In this document: positions 1 to 8,712 of the stretch, piece after piece | How the letters are laid out: each line of letters begins with the position of its first letter | Numbering within the stretch: position 1 is the stretch's first letter | Origin: an uncultured Bacteroidales bacterium | GTDB lineage: Bacteria > Bacteroidota > Bacteroidia > Bacteroidales > Bacteroidaceae | Direction: 5' to 3' | NCBI GenBank assembly: GCA_945833885.1 | Contig: CAMAFY010000003.1 | Location: 49,057 to 113,056, forward strand | Length of the DNA stretch: 64,000 bases | Translations under genes and position numbers: made by a program | Notes under the pieces: model-generated | Seen by the model: only the letters and a program-made list of their open reading frames with translations | The model's database searches: none | Told to the model about the DNA's origin: nothing

Positions 1-1
1 G

Positions 2-64
2 GCGGAAACCCTGGATGAGACGGCACGAGGTGCCGGAGGATGGGGTAGTACAGGCAGTAAGTAA
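2..64 (+). CDS. dut: dUTP diphosphatase, 3' end only (truncated by window edge)
   Basis: Frame 2 reads AETLDETARGAGGWGSTGSK*, matching dUTPase motif V (RGxGGxGSTG); dut commonly precedes the TPR-DUF4292-M23 operon in Bacteroidales. Confidence 0.85.
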   Translation, partial: AETLDETARGAGGWGSTGSK

Positions 65-79
65 TTCAGAAAATCAGAG

Positions 80-1924
80 ATGAAACGCCTTAAAAATCCG
101 GTCGGCAGGCTGCAGATTGTGCTATGGTTGCTCGTGATGTGCGTCATTACGGGCTGCGTTGGTTCGCGCTATTCCCGCAATTATCATAGCGAGGTTGCTG
201 TCGAGGACGGGACTTTCCGGGCGCGTTCGCTGTTGTCGTTTCAGCAGCAACGGACCTTCGACAAACTTTTCCTTGAATCGCTATGCCAAAAGCACAAGGG
301 AAATTACGACGCTTGCCGTGAATTGCTGGTGGCGGCGTTGGAGATAAACCCCAATGCCTCGGAAGCCTTGTACGAGTTGGGGAAGATTGAGACATCTTTT
401 TCCTCGAAGACCGATAGCGCCACTGTGGCGAATGGCGACGAAATGCTTCTGCGCGCCTACCAGTTGGAGCCGTCCAATCCCTACATTTGCCGCGCCTATG
501 CCCAGCGTTTGGTACGCAATGGCAAGTTCAAGCGCGCGGCAAGTGTCTACGAACAGTTGGTCAAGGTACACCCCCGTTCGGAGGATGTCGGCGTGTTGCT
601 CGGCATTTACGAGAGCATTCCTGACTTTCCCGCTGCCCTCAACGCCGTGGAACTTTATGAAAGCATTGAGGGTGAGGACGAATCCACCGTGCTTGAGCGT
701 TTCAGAATACTGCTCAAGATGGGACGAACCGCCGAGGCTTTCGGTGCCGTCGAGCGTCTGAGCGAGGAACATCCCGAGGAATTGCGTTACCGGGTTCTGC
801 TCGGCGACCTCTATATGCAGAACGGTTATAAGGAAAAAGCGTTGGCCATCTATGGCGACGTCCACACTTCCGATCCCGACAACGCCTTTGTGCGCCTCGC
901 CATGCTGGAATATTATATCGAAGAAGGAGATACCGCACGCTTCGAGACGGAGATGAAGGCCGCCATGTCCGACCCTAAAATCGAGAATTCCCAAAAGACT
1001 TCCCTCCTGTCAGCCTATTCGCAGGTGCTGCTTCGGGGAAACGGGGCCATAACTCCCCTGCAAATGCTCGAATACTTCCGTCTTGCGCTTGCCATCCCCC
1101 AAGAAACGAACGATTTAGGACTGCTTTGTGCGGCTTTTGTTGAGGCTTCCAAACTGCCTTCTGACTCTCTTCACGTGGCACTTGACGCCATTCTCCGCGA
1201 CCAACCCGAATACAAGCAGGCGCGATTGCAGATGCTTTCCATCCTTGTTTCCCAGAATCGGGTGGAAGACATCATCGATCTTTGCCGCGATGGGCTTGTT
1301 TACAATCCTGAAGAAACGGTGTTCAGTTATTATTTGGGCGTAGGATTGTTCCAGATTGGCGACAATGATGGGGCTTTTGACGTCTTGAAGAAGGCGACAA
1401 AGTCGATAGCGCCAGCCGATTCCTGCGAGGATTACGCCTGTGATTTGGGTGCGGAAATCTATCAGTTCCTTGGTGACCTTTACAGTGAACGGAATGAAAA
1501 GGAGCAATGTTTTGAGGCTTATGAGAGATCTTTAGAATATAATTCCGAGAATCTTGTGGTCCTGAACAATTATGCCTATTACCTTGCACTGGAAGGACGG
1601 GAACTCGACTATGCAGAGTCAATGAGTAAGAAGACTATTGAGGCAGAACCGCAGAATTCCACCTATCTTGACACCTACGCATGGGTGCTTTATTGTAAGA
1701 AACAATACACCCAGGCAAGGATATATATGGAACAACTCTTCCGACAGATGGACGATGAGGAGCGTGAATCTCCGTCGTCCGCCACGCTTTATGACCATGC
1801 CGGAGACATTTATTTCAAATGCGGAAGCCGTCAAAAGGCGCGTGAAAACTGGCGGAAAGCGGCAGAACTTACCGAAGATGCCGAACTCCTGAAAAAGGTG
1901 AAGGCGAAATTAAAGGCTCGCTAA
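80..1924 (+). CDS. Tetratricopeptide-repeat protein, probable lipoprotein
   Basis: 614-aa ORF with a hydrophobic N-terminus ending ITGC, many TPR-like helices, and C-terminal LNNYAYYLA / YLDTYAWVLY motifs. Confidence 0.85.
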   Translation: MKRLKNPVGRLQIVLWLLVMCVITGCVGSRYSRNYHSEVAVEDGTFRARSLLSFQQQRTFDKLFLESLCQKHKGNYDACRELLVAALEINPNASEALYELGKIETSFSSKTDSATVANGDEMLLRAYQLEPSNPYICRAYAQRLVRNGKFKRAASVYEQLVKVHPRSEDVGVLLGIYESIPDFPAALNAVELYESIEGEDESTVLERFRILLKMGRTAEAFGAVERLSEEHPEELRYRVLLGDLYMQNGYKEKALAIYGDVHTSDPDNAFVRLAMLEYYIEEGDTARFETEMKAAMSDPKIENSQKTSLLSAYSQVLLRGNGAITPLQMLEYFRLALAIPQETNDLGLLCAAFVEASKLPSDSLHVALDAILRDQPEYKQARLQMLSILVSQNRVEDIIDLCRDGLVYNPEETVFSYYLGVGLFQIGDNDGAFDVLKKATKSIAPADSCEDYACDLGAEIYQFLGDLYSERNEKEQCFEAYERSLEYNSENLVVLNNYAYYLALEGRELDYAESMSKKTIEAEPQNSTYLDTYAWVLYCKKQYTQARIYMEQLFRQMDDEERESPSSATLYDHAGDIYFKCGSRQKARENWRKAAELTEDAELLKKVKAKLKAR

Positions 1925-2127
1925 GCCGTGGTTAAGGACTTGTCAAGCCGTGGTTTGCAGAGTCAATAAGCCGGAGTTGAAGCCTGGTAAACCATGCTAT
2001 AAGACGCTACAAGCGGAGGTTAAGGACTTGTCAAGCCGTGGTTTGCAGAGTCAATAAGCCGAAGTTGAAGCCTGCTAAACCATGCTATAAGACGCTACAA
2101 GCCGTGGTTAAGGACTTGGTAAGCCGT
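1923..2127. repeat. Tandem repeat, 88-bp unit (4 x ~22-bp subunits), ~2.3 copies
   Basis: Units start at 1923, 2011 and 2099 (aagccgtggttaaggacttgtc...aagacgctac); subunits begin with aagcc/aaacc. Confidence 0.9.
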
Positions 2128-2313
2128 TTTCCGTGGCTCCGAAAGCCGGAAACGTGCGTTTTTCCTGTGTTTTTACAAGCCGATAGGTCAGGGTTGAACC
2201 AGGCAGATCTTGGTAGTTCGATGCAAAAACCTGAAAACAACGAAGGGAATCCAACCAGAAAACTCAATAAAATCCCCCGTATCCGGGGGTAAAGACGACT
2301 AAATTTTATAACG

Positions 2314-2973
2314 ATGAAAAACTTGTTTACAAGCATCATTCTCCTTGTCATTCTGCTGACAATGGGGAGTTGTGCCAGCCAGCGTGCGCTGACGGGAAAC
2401 ATCGATGCCGTATCGGCACGTCTCGAAACCCAGGTCCGTGCTTTCAACCTTGACGAGAAAGCCGGTGGAAACATCCGTATGAAGCGCGGCGAGGCCATAC
2501 AAATCAGCCTGACAAAGTTCGGAATTGAGGGCGTACGTGTGGTACTTACGCCCGATAGCATCCTGTTTGTCAACAAACTTACCAAAACTTATCTCCGCAC
2601 ATCCTTCGCTGAGGCTGACAAAATGCTGATGGGCGGTGAGGGAACCCTTAACTTCCGGAACGTCGAGGCCTACTTCTGGAACGATAACCGTTCCGGTGAG
2701 GACGATGCAGTTTTGCCTTTGGGAGGAATGTTCCCCATAGAACTCCATACCGATTACGGACGTTCGCTCCGTGTGGGCGAGCATCGCCTTCCGCTAAAGA
2801 TAAGCATGGAGATGAATGCTGCCGATGGTCTCATCGAGACGGGCCGCGTGCAGATGAAACTTTCCAAGGTGAAGGCCGTCAACGGTTGGACACCTAACAC
2901 CCAGATTTCAGACAAATACAAGAGCCTGAACGTCGTGAAACTCCTCAGAGGTCTGCTCAATCAGAAAAAGTAG
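2314..2973 (+). CDS. DUF4292-family lipoprotein
   Basis: Lipobox-like MGSC; GIEGVRVVLTPDSILFVNKLTKTY segment; position between the TPR and M23 genes. Confidence 0.75.
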   Translation: MKNLFTSIILLVILLTMGSCASQRALTGNIDAVSARLETQVRAFNLDEKAGGNIRMKRGEAIQISLTKFGIEGVRVVLTPDSILFVNKLTKTYLRTSFAEADKMLMGGEGTLNFRNVEAYFWNDNRSGEDDAVLPLGGMFPIELHTDYGRSLRVGEHRLPLKISMEMNAADGLIETGRVQMKLSKVKAVNGWTPNTQISDKYKSLNVVKLLRGLLNQKK

Positions 2974-3183
2974 CGGCAGTTTCTGCAGTTTCCTGCCCCC
3001 CTGTCCGTAAAGTTCAGTGGCACTGGTGTGCGGAAATTTGGGAAGTCGCTTATTCCCAGTTCCTTGAAACCACCTTTCCGGACCGGATATCCTGCGACGC
3101 TTTCCGGCATGCAGGTTTCCCAACTATCAGAAATCTTCAGGTGGAAACCTGCCTTCCACCATCAAGACATCCCACACTCTACG

Positions 3184-4683
3184 ATGCGTCATATCATCTT
3201 TCTTTTCATATTCTGTTGCACGCTTTCCATCGGTGCCCAGCAACGCGCGTCCTCTTCTCAGAAGGCACGCACCACTACTGTGTCCAAAAAGGCGACGACG
3301 TCCAATAAAACAGCAAGTAAAAAGAAGACTTCTACGAAAAAGAAGACTACATCAACGAAGAAAAAGACCGCTGAAAAGGTTCCCACCACCAAGGATATCC
3401 GCCGTTTGCAGAACGAACAATCCAACCTGCAAAAGCAAATCAACGAGTCGCAAAACCTGCTCTCTTCCACCAAGAAGGACGTGAAGTCGCAGTTGGCGAA
3501 CCTCGCGCTTATCAACGGAAAGATCTCTACCCAGCAGACATTGGTCAGTGCTATTCAAACGCAAGTCGACACTTTGAGTTACAATCTTAGGGCCCTCGAC
3601 CGCCAGTTGCTGAAATTGGAGAAGGAATTGAAGGAATGCAAGCAGAAGTACACCCGTGGTGTGATGTACATGTACCGCAACCGGCAGACGCAGAACAAAC
3701 TGATGTTCATCTTTTCCGCTGAGAATTTCCAGCAGATGTACCGTCGTCTGCGCTACGTGCAGGAGTATGCCCGCTACCAACGGGCGCAAGGACGCATCGT
3801 GGAAAAGAAGGAACGCGAGGTGGAGGACAAACGTTCTGAACTCGAAAGCACGCGTCAGCAGAAGCAAGCGTTGCTCGATGAGGGAAAACGTCAGCAACAA
3901 CAACTTGAAGACCAGAAGAAAGACCGTCAGAAAGTGGTGGATGCTTTGAACAAAAAGCAGAAACAATTACAGAAAACCATCAAAGAACAGCAGAGGAAGA
4001 GCGACCAACTTAACGCCAAGATCGACAAACTCATCCAGGAGGAAATCCGCAAGGCTGAGGCCCGTCGTAAGGCGGAAGAGGAGCGCCGTGCCCGCGAAAT
4101 GGCTGCCGCAGAGGAGAAGGCGAAGCGCGAGGCCGCCAAAAATTCGGGCAAGCAGGGCGGCACTTCGTCGAAGTCATCGTCGAAATCCTCGAAGACATCC
4201 TCCAAGAGTTCTTCGAAATCCACGGCATCCACTCCCGCTTTCAAGGCTCCCGACGAGACCGATCTCCGGCTTTCCTCCACGTTCTCTGCCAATCAGGGCC
4301 GTCTGCCTGTCCCCATTACGGGCAGTTATGTCGTGACCTCTGGCTTCGGACGTGTGAATGCCGAAGGCCTGACGGGCGTATATCTCAACAACAAGGGTGT
4401 GGACATTACAGGAAAGAGTGGCGCACAGGCCCGCTGCGTGTTCGAGGGTGAGGTGACCTCAATCTTCGATATGAGCGGTATGAAGAACGTGATTGTCCGC
4501 CACGGAGGCTATCTTACTGTCTATTGCAACCTGTCGTCCGTGGCTGTGCGCGTGGGACAAAAGGTCAGCGCCAAGCAGACTTTGGGCTCCGTTGCACGCG
4601 ATGGTAATGGAAATGCCACCCTGCATTTTCAGATTCGTAAGGAAAAAGCCCAGTTGAATCCCTCATCCTGGATACGCCTTTGA
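3184..4683 (+). CDS. Coiled-coil + M23 peptidase-like protein (EnvC-like murein hydrolase activator)
   Basis: Signal peptide from ATG 3184 (MRHIIFLF...), long coiled coil, degenerate M23 domain (NKGVDI, LHFQIRK, LNPSSW). Confidence 0.85.
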   Translation: MRHIIFLFIFCCTLSIGAQQRASSSQKARTTTVSKKATTSNKTASKKKTSTKKKTTSTKKKTAEKVPTTKDIRRLQNEQSNLQKQINESQNLLSSTKKDVKSQLANLALINGKISTQQTLVSAIQTQVDTLSYNLRALDRQLLKLEKELKECKQKYTRGVMYMYRNRQTQNKLMFIFSAENFQQMYRRLRYVQEYARYQRAQGRIVEKKEREVEDKRSELESTRQQKQALLDEGKRQQQQLEDQKKDRQKVVDALNKKQKQLQKTIKEQQRKSDQLNAKIDKLIQEEIRKAEARRKAEEERRAREMAAAEEKAKREAAKNSGKQGGTSSKSSSKSSKTSSKSSSKSTASTPAFKAPDETDLRLSSTFSANQGRLPVPITGSYVVTSGFGRVNAEGLTGVYLNNKGVDITGKSGAQARCVFEGEVTSIFDMSGMKNVIVRHGGYLTVYCNLSSVAVRVGQKVSAKQTLGSVARDGNGNATLHFQIRKEKAQLNPSSWIRL

Positions 4684-4916
4684 CCCTCTCTTACAGGGAC
4701 GAAAGCGGCAGAACGGCAGGAAATCTTCCGTATGCCGATTGCCAATCACGGTGAAGGTACGATGTGGCCTCCCCATTAACACAGAAACGATGACAAAACA
4801 CCACCCGTAAAACAACAAGGAAAATGCGTGGCGGTAGTTTACAAAACCTGTAAAAACACAGCACTATCCATAACTAATATGCACAGACGGTAATCCTTTC
4901 CGTCGACGTTCAAAAC

Positions 4917-5393
4917 ATGAAAAGCAACAGAATTGAAATGCTGCGTTACATACTAACGCACAAGGAAATCAACAATCAGGAGAGCCTTCTGAAGGAATTG
5001 CGCAAGGCCGGGCACCATGTCACGCAGGCCACTCTCTCGCGCGATTTACAGCAATTAAAGGCCGCCAAGGTGGTAAGTCCGGATGGTTACCGCTACGTCC
5101 TCCAAGAAAATGCACCCTATCTGCCGAAGATGACGGTGGAACTGCCCAACAGTTTGCGCGAAACAGGCTTCAAAGGACTGGAAGTTGCGGGAAACATCAT
5201 CGTCATGCACACCCGTACGGGATACGCCAACGGCATCGCCACCGACATTGACCGCTGTGAATTTGAGACGATTGCAGGAACCGTGGCGGGAAGTGACACC
5301 ATCCTCATCGTCGTGCGCAATGGTTACGAGCCCGCAGACGTGCTTGAGGACCTTTCGAAATTGCTTCCTGTCATCAAATCGCTGGACTTATAG
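4917..5393 (+). CDS. argR: Arginine repressor
   Basis: VTQATLSRDL helix-turn-helix and IAGTVAGSDTI arginine-binding motif; 158 aa. Confidence 0.93.
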   Translation: MKSNRIEMLRYILTHKEINNQESLLKELRKAGHHVTQATLSRDLQQLKAAKVVSPDGYRYVLQENAPYLPKMTVELPNSLRETGFKGLEVAGNIIVMHTRTGYANGIATDIDRCEFETIAGTVAGSDTILIVVRNGYEPADVLEDLSKLLPVIKSLDL

Positions 5394-5660
5394 GACCGCT
5401 TTTGCTGTCCTTCGGGAAAACATCCTCAGCGGGGGCTCTCGCTAAGTTTTGGATATCATTCGCATCCTCCCGTTCTCATTCACTATCATGATGGCGGGGA
5501 TATGACCAACAGCCACAGTATACTTACCGCAAAACAACGGTACGGATGCTGTGGCTGTTGCTTTTCCGGCGTGTTGTACCATATATTTTTTCTCCGACCT
5601 TCGCTTATGGGGGCATGAATGCTGGCCATGCGAAAAACATTGCCCTACGATGACGGTAAG

Positions 5661-5741
5661 AAACTGCGGATGTTTGCAAGCGAAATATCGGAACTTTCCG
5701 GCATAAACATCGGAACATCCGATTACGAACATCGGAGGTTT
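5661..5741. repeat. 22-bp-period array of the 15-bp motif AAAnntCGGnnnTTT (4 units)
   Basis: aaactgcggatgttt 5661, aaatatcggaacttt 5683, aaacatcggaacatc 5705, gaacatcggaggttt 5727. Confidence 0.8.
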
Positions 5742-6077
5742 TCATTGAAGGTTACCAAACAACATCTTATAATATGTAGTTTATGAGACTAAGCGTGTCA
5801 ACCTTATAGCGAATGTCAAGGCGTTCATTTTTCTCCGCAAACCATGGAAGAAAGCCTGAATGGTGTTGTCTTATTCAACGCGGACAATGCCCGTAGTTCC
5901 AGGTTGTACCGGCAAATCTCTTTTTGAAGGTCAGTACCTTTTCGCAACGCAACCTGTTGAGTTTTCTCAGTCTTTCTCGCATTGGCAGGATGATTCCCGC
6001 TCTCCCACTGCGTCGTTTTGCAGAATTTTACCGAATCGTGAAGCATCTTTCAAACTGTTTTACACGGAATTTCCCGA

Positions 6078-6190
6078 AAAGGTGTAGGATTATCCTACAC
6101 TTTTTGGTGCATCCTACACACCATCCTACACCAAGAATTGTCCAGATTATATTGACGTTTTCTCCACAAGGTGTAGGATGTGTAGGATAA
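6078..6190. repeat. Cluster of six GTGTAGGAT/ATCCTACAC motifs in palindromic arrangement
   Basis: gtgtaggat at 6082, 6171 and 6180; atcctacac at 6092, 6111 and 6123. Confidence 0.85.
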
Positions 6191-6374
6191 AATCAAGAAA
6201 AAAAACGGAGGAGGGGAGAATGATACTGTAGTTGGTTGCGGCATTTAAGTCGAAAGATGGCAGAGGATAACAAAAAGGGATATCGGAATACAAACGGATT
6301 TGCAAGGTGGTGATGGGTGAAAACCGTCTTGGGGTATCGTAACGAAGTCGTGAAAAGAACGGATAGAAGTGCGT

Positions 6375-6438
6375 AAACCTACAGCCACAGCACGGAGCCC
6401 TCAGGGAGTAGGGTGCGCATGCTGTGGCTGTAGGTTTT
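6375..6438. terminator. Long stem-loop downstream of the sulfatase gene
   Basis: 18-bp perfect inverted repeat aaacctacagccacagca / tgctgtggctgtaggttt. Confidence 0.6.
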
Positions 6439-6529
6439 GAAATGTTGTGAAGGAAGGTGCGGAACGATTATGCCCTTGAGCAATCATCCCCTTTCCATAC
6501 TGTGGTTTTTCGGATACGGGACATTCGGG

Positions 6530-8047
6530 TTATTTACGTTCTTGTTCAAGAATCTCCTGTAATTGTTGCAGTATTTCGGGGTGCTTGGTGGCCACGTTTT
6601 CGCGTTCGCCTTCGATGCTCATGTCATAGAGTTGCGGTTCCGGTGAGTTTCCGGTCTCCACCTTTTCAAGTTCCATAAAGGCGCGTCTGTTGCTGGGCTC
6701 AATGTATTTCCATTCGGGAGTGCGGATGGAGAGGGTGTGACTCAGCGACTGTTCCACCACGTAGGGGCGTGCGTCGCGGTCGCTTCCCATGAGGTTCGCC
6801 CAGTGAGGACGGCTGTCCGGACACGCCCCCTTCGGAATTCTTGCCCCCAACATTTCGCCGAACGAGGCAAAAAGGTCGATGTGCGACATCAGAGTTCGGC
6901 TCTCTTTACCGCCTTGGATGCCATTTGGCCAGGCGACAATGAAGGGCACCCGTGTTCCGCCCTCGAATGCACTGTACTTGTTTCCACGGAGTGGTCCGGC
7001 AGGACTGTGCCCTTGAAGGAGTTCTTCGGCACGGTCCTCGTAGCCATCATTCACCACGGGTCCGTTGTCGCTGGTCAGTACAATCAGGGTGTTGTCGGCA
7101 ATGCCGGCCTTTTCAAGTGCCGCTGTAATCTGCCCGACAGTCCAGTCGAATTGGGCGATGGCATCGCCGCGGAGGCCCATCATGTTCTTGCCCCGGAAGC
7201 GTTCGTGTGGGAAGCGTGGCACATGAATGTCGTTGGTGCAGAGGTAAAGGAAGAAGGGCTCATCGCGGTTTTCCTCGATGAAGCGTATGGCATGGCTGGT
7301 GATGCTGTCGGCAATGTCCTCATCTTTCCATAAGGCCTTTCCGCCGCCTTTCATGTAGCCGATGCGTCCGATGCCGTTGACGATGGACATATTGTGGCCG
7401 TGGTTCGGACAGGCCTTCAGGTTGTATAGGAGTTCTGGGTTGTCTTTTCCCGTAGGTTCGCCTTCGAAGTTCCGTTCATAACTGACCTCGATGGGGGCTT
7501 CGGGGTCGTAGTTTGCCACGAAACCGTTTTCGATGAACACGCATGGCACGCGGTCAGCCGTGGCAGCCATGATGTAATGATAGTCGAAACCGATGTCCTG
7601 AAGTCCGCAGGGTAGGGGGGCGTTCCAGTCCTGTTGTCCCGTTTTGTCCCCAAGTCCGAGGTGCCATTTTCCGATGGCTGCGGTGCGGTATCCGGCAGCA
7701 TGGAACATATCGGCCATGGTAAATTGTTGCGGACCGATGATCATTTTGGCATTTCCTGCGGCAATGTCCGTGTCGGGACGCCGCCAGGAGTACTCGCCGG
7801 TAAGGAGGGCGTAGCGCGAAGGTGTGCTGGTTGCGGCCACGGCATGCGCCTGTGTGAACCGGATGCCTTGGGATGCCAGGCGGTCGACGTGCGGTGTCGA
7901 CACGTTCGAAGCGCCATAACAGGAGAGGTCACCATAGCCAAGATCGTCGGCAAGGATGAACACCACGTTCGGGCGTTCCGACTGTGCTGTCGCCATTGTC
8001 GGCAGAGCCAGCAGGGCAGAGCAGAGGATGTAGGGGTGTTTTCTCAT
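6530..8047 (-). CDS. Ser-type sulfatase (arylsulfatase family S1)
   Basis: Signal peptide; PNVVFILADDLG; STPSRYALLTG formylglycine motif; GKWHLG; SDNG. Confidence 0.92.
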   Translation of the reverse strand: MRKHPYILCSALLALPTMATAQSERPNVVFILADDLGYGDLSCYGASNVSTPHVDRLASQGIRFTQAHAVAATSTPSRYALLTGEYSWRRPDTDIAAGNAKMIIGPQQFTMADMFHAAGYRTAAIGKWHLGLGDKTGQQDWNAPLPCGLQDIGFDYHYIMAATADRVPCVFIENGFVANYDPEAPIEVSYERNFEGEPTGKDNPELLYNLKACPNHGHNMSIVNGIGRIGYMKGGGKALWKDEDIADSITSHAIRFIEENRDEPFFLYLCTNDIHVPRFPHERFRGKNMMGLRGDAIAQFDWTVGQITAALEKAGIADNTLIVLTSDNGPVVNDGYEDRAEELLQGHSPAGPLRGNKYSAFEGGTRVPFIVAWPNGIQGGKESRTLMSHIDLFASFGEMLGARIPKGACPDSRPHWANLMGSDRDARPYVVEQSLSHTLSIRTPEWKYIEPSNRRAFMELEKVETGNSPEPQLYDMSIEGERENVATKHPEILQQLQEILEQERK

Positions 8048-8069
8048 AGTCGTTGGGGAGTATGTGCTG

Positions 8070-8077
8070 CAAAGGTA
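8070..8077 (-). promoter_or_regulatory. Bacteroidetes sigma-A -7 element for the sulfatase gene
   Basis: TACCTTTG on the minus strand matches TAnnTTTG, ~22 nt upstream of the ATG. Confidence 0.55.
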
Positions 8078-8129
8078 GGCATTTTCTGCCTATTCTCCAT
8101 GTTTTTTTGCCGAAAAGAGGTCGAAAGAG

Positions 8130-8200
8130 TGCAAGACGTCAGCCATAATAATGCAAGACGTCAGCCATAATAATGCAAGACGTCTGCCGTAATAATGCAA
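8130..8200. repeat. 22-bp tandem repeat, ~3.2 copies
   Basis: tgcaagacgtcagccataataa at 8130 and 8152, and at 8174 with 2 mismatches. Confidence 0.9.
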
Positions 8201-8416
8201 AGGATTTTACGCCGGAAGTTTGCGGAAGACACCCAAACATTCTGAAAATTAGCGTAGTGAGTTCAGACAAATCAGAAAGGCTGACGGCGTGTAAGAGTAG
8301 TCATCTTTGCAAACTTTAACTAAAAAAAGCCGTGATTTTTAATAATTTTTTGGAAAAATATGCTATATTTATGATGAAAATGTTTGTTTTATATTGTGTC
8401 TTCTTGCAAAAATCAC

Positions 8417-8424
8417 TAATTTTG
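8417..8424 (+). promoter_or_regulatory. Putative -7 promoter element upstream of the T9SS substrate gene
   Basis: TAATTTTG in AT-rich DNA ~290 nt upstream of ATG 8713. Confidence 0.5.
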
Positions 8425-8712
8425 CCTTGCGAGATGCCCGTATAGCACCTTCCTTGATGCCTCGTTTCTTTATGGCAGATGCTTTGTCCTTTCATGGCGG
8501 ATGCCGCTTTATAGTTTGCTGCAATCCTATTGAAATATTAGGATTCATGGTGGAGTTTTATTGAATTCACCTATAACGAACAGACCAAATATGGAAGGTT
8601 TGCCAAAAGATTTTCCGAAAATTTCCAGACATTCTTAAGGCATCTTTTCCTTTCTGTGCATACTAAACTATCCAAATAAATCAATATTTTATTCATTTAA
8701 AACGAACAAATT

